From the NCBI RefSeq assembly GCF_001194135.2, contig NC_068983.1, forward strand, positions 54,042,889-54,106,888: a stretch of 64,000 nt of DNA, read 5' to 3'. Within the stretch, counting starts at the first letter, position 1; every line of letters starts with the position of its first letter. The position numbers were made by a program, and so were the translations under genes. The DNA is from Octopus bimaculoides. Lineage: Eukaryota. Shown here in pieces: positions 1-13,170 of this stretch. A model generated the notes under the pieces. It ran no database searches, had not been told where the DNA came from, and worked only from the letters and a program-made list of their open reading frames with translations.

Positions 1-1160
1 AAATAAAAAAAAAACAAACAAAAACCAAAAATACTTGATATAAATGTTGCTTCAGAATATAAACTTACTCTTTGCCATGATACATATTTAAAACAGATTT
101 TTGTCATAAAAATAATATGACCGTTATTGCTTTTCAAACTGTGTATGTCTTGTTTTATACTGTTTTAAGTTCTTTACAATTTTGAGCCAAAATTCTGCCT
201 GGCTTACAGTGACTATCACTTGTAGTCCTTTATATCAAAGTTACAAAGAGAAATAGAATCAATTGATCATGCCCTACTTCAACCAAAAATCAGGGTAGGA
301 GCAAAAACAAAATCAATATTTTCCTGATGATGCAATCATTGATAATATCTATTGTGCATATGCGTCAAGTTTGTTGTTCTACATTAGATTGGAAGAATTT
401 CTGGAACAGCAGCAGCAGCAACAACAACAACAACAACAAAATGGTTGGAAATTGTAAAATGAATAAATTATGTGAATTTATAAACTCATAACACTTCAAA
501 CAATTAAGAGGAAAAGATTGCATATTTTCTTCAGAAGAAAACAATTACAAACAGGCAGTGATAAATATGTGTTTGTGTGTTTAGTGTTTATACGTACACT
601 TATGTGTAAATATGTAACGTGTAACATAAATGATTGTGCTATATGTAGAATCTATATATTCAAAGAACAAATGATTAAAATTGTGAAGTCTGTCTGTCAG
701 GAAGCAAGACATTAAATGTAGGTTATGCGTTGTAGGAAAAAAAAAAGAAAACGAATGATGAAATGAAATTTTGTGTGGAAAATTATTCCTACTTAATTTT
801 TGAAATGATTGAGTCTATGACATAGCATAGTAACTGAATGACTAAAGTGTGTTTGTGAATAATATACTCATAGTACATAGTGGCCTTAAGTAAGGTCCAT
901 AACTCAATTTGCACAAATTCCGCACAGAGCTTAGTTACAAAGTCAAAGAGTATTTACAAGACCCTAAACCCCTGGCATTGCACAATGATTTCAAATGCCA
1001 CATGCACTCTATCCCCTATGAGAGCAGTGCATGCATACAGATGTAGTATATAAGTGTGAGGTGGTGATGCATAATAACAGGTTTTACATAGGGGCTGCTA
1101 TGAACCCCTGTGAAGCAACAGGTTTCAATGTATAAACACTTTCTCACACTTGTTAATATT

Positions 1161-1372
1161 CTTTTCTACTCTAGGCACAATGCCCAGAATTTTTGGAGAG
1201 GGGGCCAGTTGATTAGATTAACTCCAATACACAACTGGTACTTAATTAATCAACCCTGAAAGGATGAAAGATAACGTTGACCTCGGAATTTGAACTGAGA
1301 ACGTAAAGACAGACAAAATATCACTTAGCATTTCACCCGGCATGCTAACGTTTCTGCTAGCTCGCTGCCTTA
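1161..1372 (-). mobile_element. tRNA-derived SINE family A (A2 3' type)
   Basis: Reverse complement reads ggcagcgagctagcagaaacgttagcatgcc...ctcagttcaaattccgaggtcaac..ctttcatcctttcagggttgattaattaagtaccag, matching the many other family A copies in the window. Confidence 0.85.
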
Positions 1373-1559
1373 AAGCTTACCGCATGTTTTAATGTCTGTG
1401 TTTGCTTCCCCACATTGCTTGACAGTCAGTGTTGGTTTGTTTACATCCCCATAATTTGAGAGTTTAGCAAAAGAGATTGATAGATTAAGTACCTGATACA
1501 AAAAATTGATACTGGTGTTGTATAAGTGACTGAGGTTACTGTGCTCCCCCTTAAACATC

Positions 1560-1735
1560 AGTCTATTACAGGGTTAAGTCCCCACCTATTGCTGGCACAC
1601 ATTTACAGCTGAGTGGACTGGACCAATGTGAAATGAAGCATTTTGCCCAGAGCACATGCTTATTGGTCTGGGGAACAGAACCACAATCTTACCATCATGA
1701 GGGCAACATCCTAACCATTAGCTCATGTGTCATTA
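1560..1735 (-). mobile_element. tRNA/CORE-like SINE family E
   Basis: Reverse complement has a tRNA-like head followed by ...aaaatgcttcatttcacattggtccagtccactcagctgtaaatg, the same body as 12481-12625. Confidence 0.65.
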
Positions 1736-4206
1736 CTAATAAAATTATTATTCAATTGTTAAAGCAGTGAACTGACAGAATTGTTAGTTTCAGACAAAAA
1801 TGCCTTATGGTATTTGTTTCAGCTCTTTATATTCTGAGTTCAAATTCTGCTGATGTAAATTTTGCCTTTCATTCTTCTGATGTTGATAAAGTGAAGCCCA
1901 TACTTGAAAAGTTGAGCCCTATACTTGTTTTCTCATCCAAATTAAAGGTTTTGTACCCTTGTTATAAATCGTTTGAATGCTTGGAGAAGTAACCCTTTCA
2001 GCAGGATCTCACATCAATGGTGGTTCATTGTTATTTTGAGTTTAGTTTTGATTATTTTACTTATGAGAATTTTCTTAAAATAATTAGCTTCAAGATTCTC
2101 GGTTTGATTTTGATTGCATTCAATCACTTAAAAAAAAAAAAATGTACCTTATTTTTATTTCTTTAACCATTATTGATACCAGCCCACCTCGGACTATCCT
2201 TCCATGCTGGCATGGATTGGATGGTTCAGCAGGAGCTGCTTCAGGTCCATTGTCTCTTTAGCATGGTTTCTGCACCTGGATTCCCTTTCTAATGCCAACC
2301 ACTTTACAAAGTGCACTGGATGCTTTTTATGTGGCACCAACACCAATGCTTTTTATATGATATCAGCACTTTGATTCCGCCATACAAATTTTGTTTTGAA
2401 ATGATCCAAATTAAAACTTACCATCAAAATTTCATGGTAATTTATGCTCCAACCACCAGTTTAAACAATGTTATTTTACTAAATTCTTCATTATTTTTTT
2501 AATTGCTGCATAGGCAATGTACATTAAAAAAAAATGTGGTAATGAAAATAGGATTCAGTAATTAGGATGTTAATTTTATTCATTTCTTTTTCCCCCTCAC
2601 TGACATTATTCTGTGTCTGTCTCTCTGGAAAAATCAAGTCTATTGCTGCTTGTATATAATTTCAAGAAAACTAACACCTTCAAAGCTGCTCAAGAAATAC
2701 TAAAGGCGCCAGAGGCAAACACCATCCACCAAGACTGTAAATCTTTGTTAAAAGCTCTGAGTCATTACTTTAATTCATGTGATTCATTTTTGACACTACA
2801 GTTACTAGCAATGATTAAATAGAACAGTGACATAAGCATTTTGTACCTTGGTCTACAACCAAAGACTTTGAATTTAGTACTACAAGGTTCTGAAACACTA
2901 CTTATTTATCTAGTGTTCCTGCTGCTTACATTACAATGTTGAGATGTACCTACTTATATCTATTTAGTACAAAGAGGTGTTTGTCATCTGAAGTTGATAG
3001 TTTTAGCTCAGGTGATAATATAGCATTAAGACATGAAATATTGAAATTTTAAAAAGTTGACAACACTGTAAAGTGGTTGGCAATGTAAATAGCAACCAGC
3101 CATAGAAACCATACCATGGTAGAAATAGGAATGCAATGCAGTTTTCAGACCTGTTGGATCCTGTCAGGCAATCCAACTCATATCAGCATGGAACAGGGAT
3201 GCTAAATGATGATGATGAAACTGTCATCTGGTTGCCTTCACCAACCAACCACAACTCTATCAATCACCGTGTGGATCTATTTCTAGCAAAGTACACTTTA
3301 AATTAATTTTGAAAATCAAGAATTTAGACGAATTTGTTGAAATAACTTTTTTCAATAACTTAACAAAATTGGTTTGACATAAAATGATGAGAGGTCTTTA
3401 CTCAGGTAAGACCATTTTGTAATGAAAGATTCGTCTTAGATCAGAGGTAATCTCAGGCAGCTTAGTATTAAATAGGTCAATGAAATAAAACATTTACCCC
3501 ACTCCAGGGACATTGTTTTATGAAGTTACAGCTACATGTGCTTTGTCAATTAAAACCTTTTGAATTCTGATCATAAGACATTTTGAGATAAGTCATAAGA
3601 TTTATGAGTTTTTAGTAAGTTTCAATGTAAATCCTGACCCTGTTCTTTATTTTATTTTGAAATGTTTATTCTTTTACTTAATCACATGACTTGACATGTG
3701 TATGGATCTGTTGATTGATGGTAAACTTAGATATGACTTTATAAAATATACACCAGATGTTTGAAATGCATTAAAACTATATTCATGAAGTCACAGCTGG
3801 CCAAATCAATAAATTGTTGGACTCTCAACAGAAGTTTCTGCAGATTGTATCCAGTCACTGGTGCTACTATCTACCAATGCAAAAGATCAAATTTTATAAC
3901 CACATCAACCTACCTAACCTAATTTTGAATAGGTTTAATATATAACTATCAGTAACTACAGAAGGCAGTGGGGGATATTGTTATAAAATTAATGAGTTTC
4001 TTTATAAAGCTGTCATCTCATGTAGTTTTGGAGGAAGCTTCGTGTTGCCAATCATGTCAATTCAGGTAGCTAAGCCAGGTGTCATGGTTAACACCCACTC
4101 TAGCAATGAAGCCTTCAAGCAGCAATAGTTTACTCTTTTATTCATTTCAACCATGCTGCTGTGGTCATGCTGGAGCACCACTGCATTCTTAAGTCTCTCA
4201 AATTAA

Positions 4207-4442
4207 AGGTAGCGAGCTGGCAGAAACGTTAGCACGCGCTGGGCGAAATGCTTAGCAGTATTTCATCTGCCGCTACATTCTGAGTTCAAATTCCGCCGAG
4301 GTCGACTTTGCCTTTCATCCTTTCGGGGTCAATTAAATAAGTACCAGTTATGCACTGGGGTCGATATAATCGATTTAATCCGTTTGTCTGTCCTTGTTTG
4401 TGCCCTCTGTGTGTAACCCCATGTGGGCAGTAAAGAAATAAG
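4207..4442 (+). mobile_element. tRNA-derived SINE family A (A1 3' type), young copy
   Basis: Head gcgagctggcagaaacgttagcacg, B-box gagttcaaattcc (4282-4294), central gcctttcatcctttcggggtcaattaaataagtaccag, 3' end gtgggcagtaaagaaataag; most CpGs retained. Confidence 0.9.
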
Positions 4443-6135
4443 TCTCTCAAATTATGTTTGAATTGGTCATAGAATTTGTCATTTTTAGATTACCAGATTG
4501 AAGTACAGACACTGACAAGGTTGACAGAACCATCGGATGTATTGGAGTCACACTGAATCCACTTGGCCCTGCTCTTATTGCTCCCCCCACCCCCACCTTA
4601 TCTTCAGCAGTTGGTTTCTCACTGCAAAGACTCTCTAGTCTCATCCCTAGGCTGACCAAGTCCTGGCTTAGATATAATAGGAGACACTTGCCTAAGGTGT
4701 CACACAGTAGGACTGAACTAAAAACCACATTGCTGCAAAGCAAACATCCAAACCACTCGGAATGTAGTACTTAGTTCTATAAAAGATGAAAAGCAGAGTT
4801 GAACTCAATCAGATTTTAACTCAGTTAAAATATTACATGACATATTGTCCTAATTTCTAATCAATCTGCCAATTCATCACTTAGATTAATTATAATTACA
4901 AGGGTATTTATCTACATTTCTTTTCTTCTTTCTCTTGCTCTTTATCTTATATTTCTTCATTTATGTATTGGAATCCTATTAAACAGGATATGATAATGAA
5001 GTGGAACAATTCTTTTTTCGTTTTTTTATGAGATTGTCAGACAGATAAAATTCCTGGCTTTGATATGTCTTCCAGTAGTCATATTGTCTTTCTGAGACTG
5101 ACTTCATTAATTATGGTTGTGATTTAAACAAGTCACCTCTGTCTATATTCCACCATCCATTTGCAGTAGAAGTAGGAGGCATAAATATATTTTAACCACT
5201 ACTGCAGTGATTTTGTCATCCTTGCCATTTTTGTTATCATTGTCAGGCTATATCATTGTCACTATCAACATTATCATCACTATTGCTACCATCAGATGGT
5301 ATCAGCATTATCACTGTTAGCACCATTAGGTAGCATCACCCTCACCACCACTATCATCAGGTGGTGATTAAAATATATCGTTACCATAGGTGCAGGAATG
5401 GCTGCATGTATTATGTGGCCATGGGGGGGCGGGGAGCAGCGGCTCAAAAAAGTTTGGGAACCTAAACCATTTCAAATATTATTTCAGCAAGTTTAAAATG
5501 ACTTCTTTTGTGCCATAAACCATTTACCATTTCTGTGGTACCTCCTGCTTATCTTGATGCTCTTAGCATGTGCTAATTTTGCTTAATGGTTAATCCAGCA
5601 AAGAATATCACCATCAGATGGTGGTATTGTCATCAACCATTGAATACTGCTAAGAGCCATTTTAATGATGCGTCCTGCCCTAACTCTTTGAAACGCCAGT
5701 GTTAGAATGGTGACAGCTGATGAAGGAAATGTCCTCTATGTGGCCTGTGTGTTTTCTGTACTCTGTTTATCATTTTGTCTACGTTTTGTTTGCAACGTCC
5801 TGTACCCAGATATGCATATATATATATATATATACAAGTAGATGTAGGTATGTACATACATGTATGTATATATGCATATACTCATTTATTATTTCTAATA
5901 AATATAGTCTGATAAGAAGAAACTGAAATTATTTTAACCTCAGCCCATTTCTTTTATTTAAATCTAGAATGACAATCTTTCTTTCTTTCTTTACTTTTCT
6001 CCTCGCTCTCCCACTCCCTCTCATATAATACAGCTCCTTCTCCTTTCTCAGCTTCATCTATCTCCTACTCATCATCACCACCATCACCACTTACAAGCTA
6101 TTTCTGTTGTAAATGTTAGAAAGGGAGTAGACTGC

Positions 6136-6166
<31 letters not shown>

Positions 6167-7024
6167 GCTACACACTTTGTGTTCATTTTAGCTTCCTCCT
6201 TTTCTTTCTCCCCATTTTGTAAAACAGTCTGCTGTCTAAAAAAAAGAGTCTTATCTTCTTTTGTTCATCACAATCTGTCTGAAATTCACAAGAAGCCTGT
6301 TATTGTAAATGTTAATTACCTAAAAAGGCCAGCAATTTTCTGTAGGGGAGAGACACAGCCAGAGTAAACTGACGCCAGTGCAATGTGACACTAACATCAT
6401 CAATGGTGTAAAGGATGAAAGAGGAAGTTGACCCTGGTAGCATTTCAAATCACATAAACTCCAGAACAATAAAGCATTCAACCTATCTATATCCCTCCTT
6501 CTCTAAAGCCTCTTTCTCTCTTTCTCTCTCTCTGCCCCTCTCTCCACTTCTTCATCTCTTCTCTTCTGCCTCTCTCTTTAAGTTTTCTTTTTGTGACTGA
6601 CTTCACTTTAACATTTATTTGGTGTCAAAATTTCAATTGCATCAATTCTAACCTGGTCACTGACATGGTTCTATTATAAGATATAACAATGAAGTGGAAC
6701 ATTTTATTTTTATATCACTTTTTCTCCTTTTGAAGATCAATGACCTTGTAACAAAGTTGACCCTGCAGAGATCTCAGAACCCAAATAGATAAATCCCGAG
6801 CACTGTATAACAATTAGCTTGGTAGTGTACTTGAAGGAGGTGCTCCAGCATGGCTGAAGTTGTATAAGTGAAATCATTAAAAGAATAAAAAGAATGTGTG
6901 TGTTACTGACAGAGGCACAAACTGGTAATTCTCAAGAAATGAGAATAGATTATTTAATCAACTTGAGTGTGTTGCTGTTTGTTTTGTTAATGAAAGAAGC
7001 CAAAAAAAAAAGAAAAACCAAAAA

Positions 7025-7430
7025 GTGGTAAGAAGCTTACTTCCCAACCACATGGTTCCAGGTTCAGTCCCACTGTATGGCACCTTGGACAAGTGTCTCT
7101 TATTATAGCCTCAGGCCAACCAAAGTTTTGTGATTGGATTTGATAGATGGAAACTGAAAGAAGCCCGTTTCGTATATATATGTATACATATATATATTTA
7201 TGTGTGTCTTTGTGTCTGTGTTTGTTCTCCCACCATTGCTTGACAACCAATGTTGGTGTGTTTACATCCCTGTAATTTAGCAGTTCAGCAAAAGAGACCA
7301 ATGAATTAAGTACTAGACTTATGAAGAATAAGTCCTGGGGTCAATTTCTCTGATTGAAATGAAACCCTTTAAGGCTGTGCTCCAGCATGGCTGCAGTCAA
7401 ATGACTGAAACAAAAATATAAGAATAAAAA
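7025..7430 (+). mobile_element. SINE family B, near full length (tRNA-like head, CORE-like accttggacaagtgtctct, internal (TA)n(TG)n, B1 3' half)
   Basis: Matches copies at 33261-33632, 41757-42182 and 55405-55866; B-box-like ggttcagtccc. Confidence 0.85.
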
Positions 7431-8329
7431 ACAAAACAAAGTAGCTCAACTTGGGCAGATTTGAAATTTGAATGTAAAAGTGTAAAAAGATGAAATTTGT
7501 TTTATTCCTTTTCTTCTAACAAAATAATCAAAAGGGCATGAATCAAATTATTTATATAAAATTTCCATTAAGAATTACCAATTTGTGTCCTTGCGACACC
7601 ATCACAATCCATCTTCCTTGCTGGCAAAGATTACAGTTTGATACTATCTGATGAGCCAGAAGATTACCTCGTGTTCCTCTGTCTACTTTGCCATAATAGT
7701 TTCTATGGCTGGATACCCTTCCTAATGCCAACAACTTTACAAGAAGTAGGTGCTTTTTACATGGTTTCAGCACATGTGAAGTTGTCATGCAGAGCCATGA
7801 AGAGCTCAAAGTGTCATCTGTAACTGAAGGACAATAGAGGCAAGAGAGTGCAATGGACCTGGACAGGATGATAAGAGAGATGGTAAAGTCTCTTGAACTT
7901 TTTTTCTTATTTTTGTTATTACACACAATCATATTTTGGCAACACATCGAAAATTTGTTCTAGCAGAGTTTCTTCTGTTTTCATAATCAGTAAAAATTGT
8001 ACACCAAAGGAATAAGAACATACAATGTAAATTGCTAATTATGTTTTCTACATTTGACATTAAATACCTGCTCTTGCCAATTAAATCAATACCACTTTTT
8101 TGAAGTTTGAAATCAAATGCAGTGCAGATGGTTGCAACAGGATATCTTATAATAATAATAATAATAATAAATTCATTACTATTTGGTAATGAGTTTTAAT
8201 ACCATGAAAGGTGAAATTAAGGTGATGAGGTGACTGAAGCATTAAATCAAAGAACCGGTTGTCTGAAATATCAGATTTTTTCCACTTATCACAGGAAAAA
8301 AACTTAGTCATAACCACTTATGTTATTAA

Positions 8330-9510
8330 TCTTGTCAAGGCTGATTTTGCCTTTTATTCTTTTGGGGTCAATAAAGTACATATGGGTGATTACTAGAGTT
8401 AATGTAATCAACTTATCTCTCCCTCTAAGATTTCTGGTTTTGTGCCAGAATTTGAAACCATTATTATTAAATTCATATCCTGCTGATGTTAGCCTTGGTT
8501 TTCCTTCCTCGAGGCTGGTGTCACATAAAAAGGACCTGTGCTGGTGTCATGTAAAAAGCACTCAGTACACTTTGTAAAGTGGTTGGCATAAGGAAGAGCA
8601 TCAAGCCCTAGGAACCTTACTAAAACAGACAGTTGGTGTCTGGTGCAGCTCTCCAGCTTTTCAGCTCCTGTCAAACTGTCCGACCCATGCCAGCATGGAA
8701 GATAAATATTAAATAATGATGATTAGGGTCAGTAAAATAAAGACCTGCTCAAGTACTTGGGTCAGTGGTACCAACTAACACCCTCCCAACAAAACTGCCA
8801 GTCTTGCACCTAAAACAGAAACAAATGTTATTCTGGTTCTTCACATTCTGAGTTCAAATTTCACCAGTGTCAACTTTGCCTTTCATCCTTTTGGTGTATA
8901 AAGAAATCAAGTACCAGTCAAGTACTGAGGCCAATGTAATCAATTAGCCCACTACCCCCAAAATTTCTGGCCTTGTGCCAACAGCTGAAAGGATTATTAT
9001 TATTATTTGCATTGAAGTGGCAAACTAGCATTTCTTTCAGTTTTACATTTGGAGTTCAAATCTCACTGAGGCTAACTTTGCTTTCCATCCTTTCAGGGTT
9101 AATAAAATAAATATCAGAGCACTGGCATCAATCAAATCAACTGGCCCCATTCCCCAAAATTTCAAGCTTTGTGCCTTTAGTACATAGAATTATTCTGGCA
9201 GTAAGCTGGTCAGCATGTCTGGTGAAATGCTTTGTGGCATTTCTTCCAACTCTTTACATTCTGAGTTCAAATCCTGCTGAAGTCAACTTTGCTTTGATCT
9301 TTTGAGGTTGACAAAACAAATACCAGTCAAGCCCTGGAATTGATGTAAATAACTCGCCCCTCTTTAAAATTGCTGGCCTTATGCAAGGATTTGAAACTTA
9401 AGGTGGCAAACTAGGAGAATCATTAGCACATCGGACAAAATGCTTTGGGAGTATTTCTTCTGCCTTCTACATTTTGAGTTCAAATGTTGCCAGGGTTGAC
9501 TAGATAATTC
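8330..9510 (+). mobile_element. Cluster of about five degenerate head-to-tail family A SINEs with one family C copy (about 8500-8720)
   Basis: Repeated ctgagttcaaat...tttgcctttcatcc...aagtaccagtc motifs separated by (ATT)n tails. Confidence 0.75.
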
Positions 9511-9569
9511 CTCAAGGGATGAAAACTAATGGTCAGGGTGAGAACATCTTTAATCATAAATCTACTTAA

Positions 9570-9862
9570 CCCATAAACTGTGATAGGCCACCTCAGTGGC
9601 CAACGCAACAGTGCGATAAGCCAACGCGACAGTGCGACAGGCCACGTGCGTGGCCACGGAAGTAGGATATGATCTGACCTAATTTTGATGACGTGTAATG
9701 TATGCACACGATACCCTTTCACCCCAGAAACAGTGTAGCCAATCACAGAAGGTGTTAAGAAACATTGAGTATTTTTTTCAAGTGATAGATCGATGTTGAC
9801 CTTTACCCAAAATAGGCTCAGCAGTTTGTGTTACATACAGCAAAACCCCAGCAGTTTATGGG
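9570..9862. mobile_element. piggyBac-like MITE (293 bp)
   Basis: TTAA (9566-9569) then cccataaactg ... cagtttatggg then TTAA (9863-9866): perfect 11-bp TIR with CCC/GGG ends and TTAA duplication. Confidence 0.8.
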
Positions 9863-12480
9863 TTAATCAGGCCTGACTTGGGACTAAATAACTTCTAAAA
9901 GATTACAACACCATATTCAGTATTTAGTTTGGTTTCTGGTTGCTTGGTTGTCTTTTTGGTACATCACTGACACTTCACTGTTTCCAGTTGAACATTTGAT
10001 TGCCTCACTGCTTGGTGTCACCTTGCTGCTTGAGGTTGCTTTGCCACTTGGGGTTGCCTTGCTGCTTGGTACATCCTTGTACCTCATCGTTTTCAGTAAA
10101 ATGTTTTTCTCGTGTGACTTCATTTATTATAATTCCAGAGTTCGTTAAATGTCCATCAGTTATACATTAACATTCATTCAATTGTATTTTGAGCTTTGTT
10201 CTTTTTTTTTTTTTTAGTTTTCCCACTTTGCCGGGGAGGGAAGGGCATCACCTGTGACCACTTATTTTCAACAATAACAAGTTTTGACACACATTAGTGT
10301 TTATAAAATCAGAGTTTGAGTCACAAAGAGAACTTTCTGCCAGCCTAAATCAGGCATTTTCAAGAAGTGGTCCACATGGGACATGGCTCATCTTCAAGTA
10401 GGCCACACTAGAAAGTTCTGAGGGCTGAGGTTTGCCTGTGATTGTTTTAATTACTTCAACTGATTGAATGTTAAGTTGAAGACATAACACTGAAAACAAA
10501 ATTTTGGTTAAGGCAAATACACTGCAGTTACCATTGAGACGCCTGTCAAGTTATCACTGAAAAGACAGGCAAAATTTTAATTTCTTATATCGATAAAAAC
10601 TATAAAATGAAGACTATGGTATCTAAATCCAACTCCGTTTGTAATGTTATTCATTTAAACATTTAACCTTGTCTAAGTTCATGCATCAAATTTAACATTT
10701 ATCTTTGTCTAACTAGGTTTATAAAATATGTGCCATGAATACACTTGAATTCAATGGTCTTATATCAAGACTAAATAGATAGTTTCTGTTATCTTTCATA
10801 ACTGTTCATTGCTGTGATAATGAAATGAATTAATGAGTCATGCGAATATTTTTTTTTCTTTTTGCCTAATTTTCAATTTTTAATGATAAGCTTCTTGCAA
10901 ACTGAGACCACCTCATGGATTTTATAATATTTTTTATTCATCTTCATTCCATTTGCATATTCATTATATTTGAGAAAGACATGAATATCAAAATCCTGTG
11001 TATCTCTCCTTTCTCAAAAATAAGAGAATATTATTGGCTTCTCTGCATCATTTCACATGCACATAACACAGAGGAACCAAGAATATTCATGAAAAGTTTG
11101 TGATAAACTCAATGGAGAGCTGAATAGCAGAAGGTCTTGAGAGAAGCCCTGCCAGCCTCATGCAAGTGTTTTGCCCTTTAACTCCTTACTCTTTAAGGGA
11201 ACCAGAATGCATTCAGATTATGATTCCTAGTTGACTAATAATATTTCCTATTATAGGAACAAAGCCTGAAATTTTAGTGGGAGGGGCCTAGTTGGTTACA
11301 TTGACCCAAGCACTTGACTGCTACTTATTTTATCACCCATGGAAGGATGAAAGGCAAAGTTGACCTCAGTGGAATTTGAACTCAGAACATAGAGATGGAC
11401 TAAGCATTTTGTTTTGCATGCAAACGATTTTGCCTTAGTTGACTATTTATTAATAATACAAGTGAAGCAGAATCAGTGCATGTGTTATCATTGGCATAAT
11501 GACCCTCCCAAGGTACAACAAAATCTTTTTCAACATAATTTCACATAAAAAATCTTGCAAACCAATATTAAAATGAAATGTTACATCTTAAGTCTAAGAT
11601 AAAAGATATACAAAGAGACAGACAAAAGAAAAATTCTCACTGTAACAATTGTAGAGAATCTTAACGATAGACTTCTGTTACTGGCATTGAACTAGTTTTC
11701 CTGCATAACACAACAGCTGCTTCAGCTTGTAAGGGTTTTGTAGGTCAACTAGGCAGTGTGAAAATTAGTTCTGTGTTCATAGGCACCCCAAAGCAGATCT
11801 GATTCAGTTAATTGTTTACGAGACGTCCCTGCTAAGTATGTCAGCCTAACACTCTCTGTCTTGTGTTTTTATCTGAGTATGTATGATGGTGAGTGTTACA
11901 CATACACACACGGATGTGTATGTGGATTTGAGGGAGAGTGAGATGTGTATGTATATGTATGTGCACACAAATGTGTGTGTGTGTGTAAGCTGAGAAAGTG
12001 TGTATGGATATATGCGTACATACATCTATGCATGTGTACATATATTTGTGTGTGTGTTTGAGAGAGGGAAAGAGATACTATGAATGTGTGTGTATATATA
12101 TGTATGCATATACATGTATACTTTGATGTGAGTATATGTCTGAATACATGTATTCACATGTCTGCAGACATATATAAAATGCACACACACACTCACAAAG
12201 GCAAACCCACCTTTTAAATAATGTACAATAGGATTATACAAAAAAAAAAGACAAAACTTATGTGAAACAACTTAAACATTAATTCTAGATAAATGTCCTA
12301 CATTATTAATGAGACAATAGCTAACCACTTCATAATTGTTATAATCACAACTTTATATAGATTTAATTACTGTCTGAGAATATATTAAAATGCTGTTGCG
12401 GTTAAATTACAGTAAAATAGTATTATCAATTATCTAGAGGCATGGTAGGATTTGTATGTAGCATATCAGACCAAGTGAAG

Positions 12481-12625
12481 GTGCATGGCTTAGTGGTTAG
12501 GATGCTGGACTTGTGATTGTAAAATTGCAGTTTCAATTCCTGGACCTGGTGATGTGTTGTGTTCTTGAGCAAGACATTTCATTTCATGTTGCTTCAGTCC
12601 ATTCAATTATTAATTATGAGTAATC
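12481..12625 (+). mobile_element. tRNA/CORE-like SINE family E
   Basis: A-box-like tggcttagtgg, B-box-like gtttcaattcc, then tgtgttcttgagcaagacatttcatttc resembling the CORE domain. Confidence 0.7.
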
Positions 12626-12879
12626 CAGTATCTTGTCGAGGGCAAGTGGCCCTATGCTCCTTACAAAGTAATGTGGACTATCCATGTAAGACTAAACAAT
12701 TTGTGGTCTTTGGTTGCATTCCTTTATGCTGTGTGTTCAAGTCCTGCTGCTGTCAATGTTGTCCTTCAAAGAAGAAAAAATTGTCATTGTTTTAGTGTTG
12801 GAAAAAATGTCTCCTGGTATTTGGTTTAGCTTTTTATATTCTGAGTTCAATTCCTACTGTGATTACTCATGGAGGCAGT

Positions 12880-13170
12880 GACAGGTGACCAAGGCCTTTG
12901 GTGATATACCGTGCTTGTGTAGACCTGTCAAGCCAAGCGAGACCGTGCTCGTGGCTGATGCTGGTGTCAGGTCATTAGCACCCATGCTGATGGCACGTAA
13001 AAAACATCCACTACAATCTCAGAGTGGTTGGTGTTAGGAAGGGCATCCGGCTGTAGAAACCTTGCCAAATCAGATCAGAATCTGGTGCAGCCCCTGGCTT
13101 ACCAGTTTTCAGTCAAACCATCCAGCCTGTGCTAGCATGGAAAGCAGATGTTAAATGATGATGGTGGTGG
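12880..13170 (+). mobile_element. SINE-like family C with RTE-type tail
   Basis: ggcacgtaaaaaacatccactac...gttggtgttaggaagggcatccggctgtagaaac...agcatggaaagcagatgttaaatgatgatg. Confidence 0.8.

Noticed and set aside
2613-2822. Protein-like stretch KTNTFKAAQEILKAPEANTIHQD with a possible AG/GT pair
   Set aside because: No recognisable homology and weak splice signals; cannot be supported as an exon
4207-4300. tRNA gene from A-box/B-box motifs (also in other SINE heads)
   Set aside because: No complete cloverleaf; the motifs continue into a multi-copy SINE body
5690-5745. GAAAC and CTGATGA near each other, suggesting a hammerhead
   Set aside because: The GAAAC precedes the core, and the downstream GAAA leaves only 2 nt for stem II; no closing stems found
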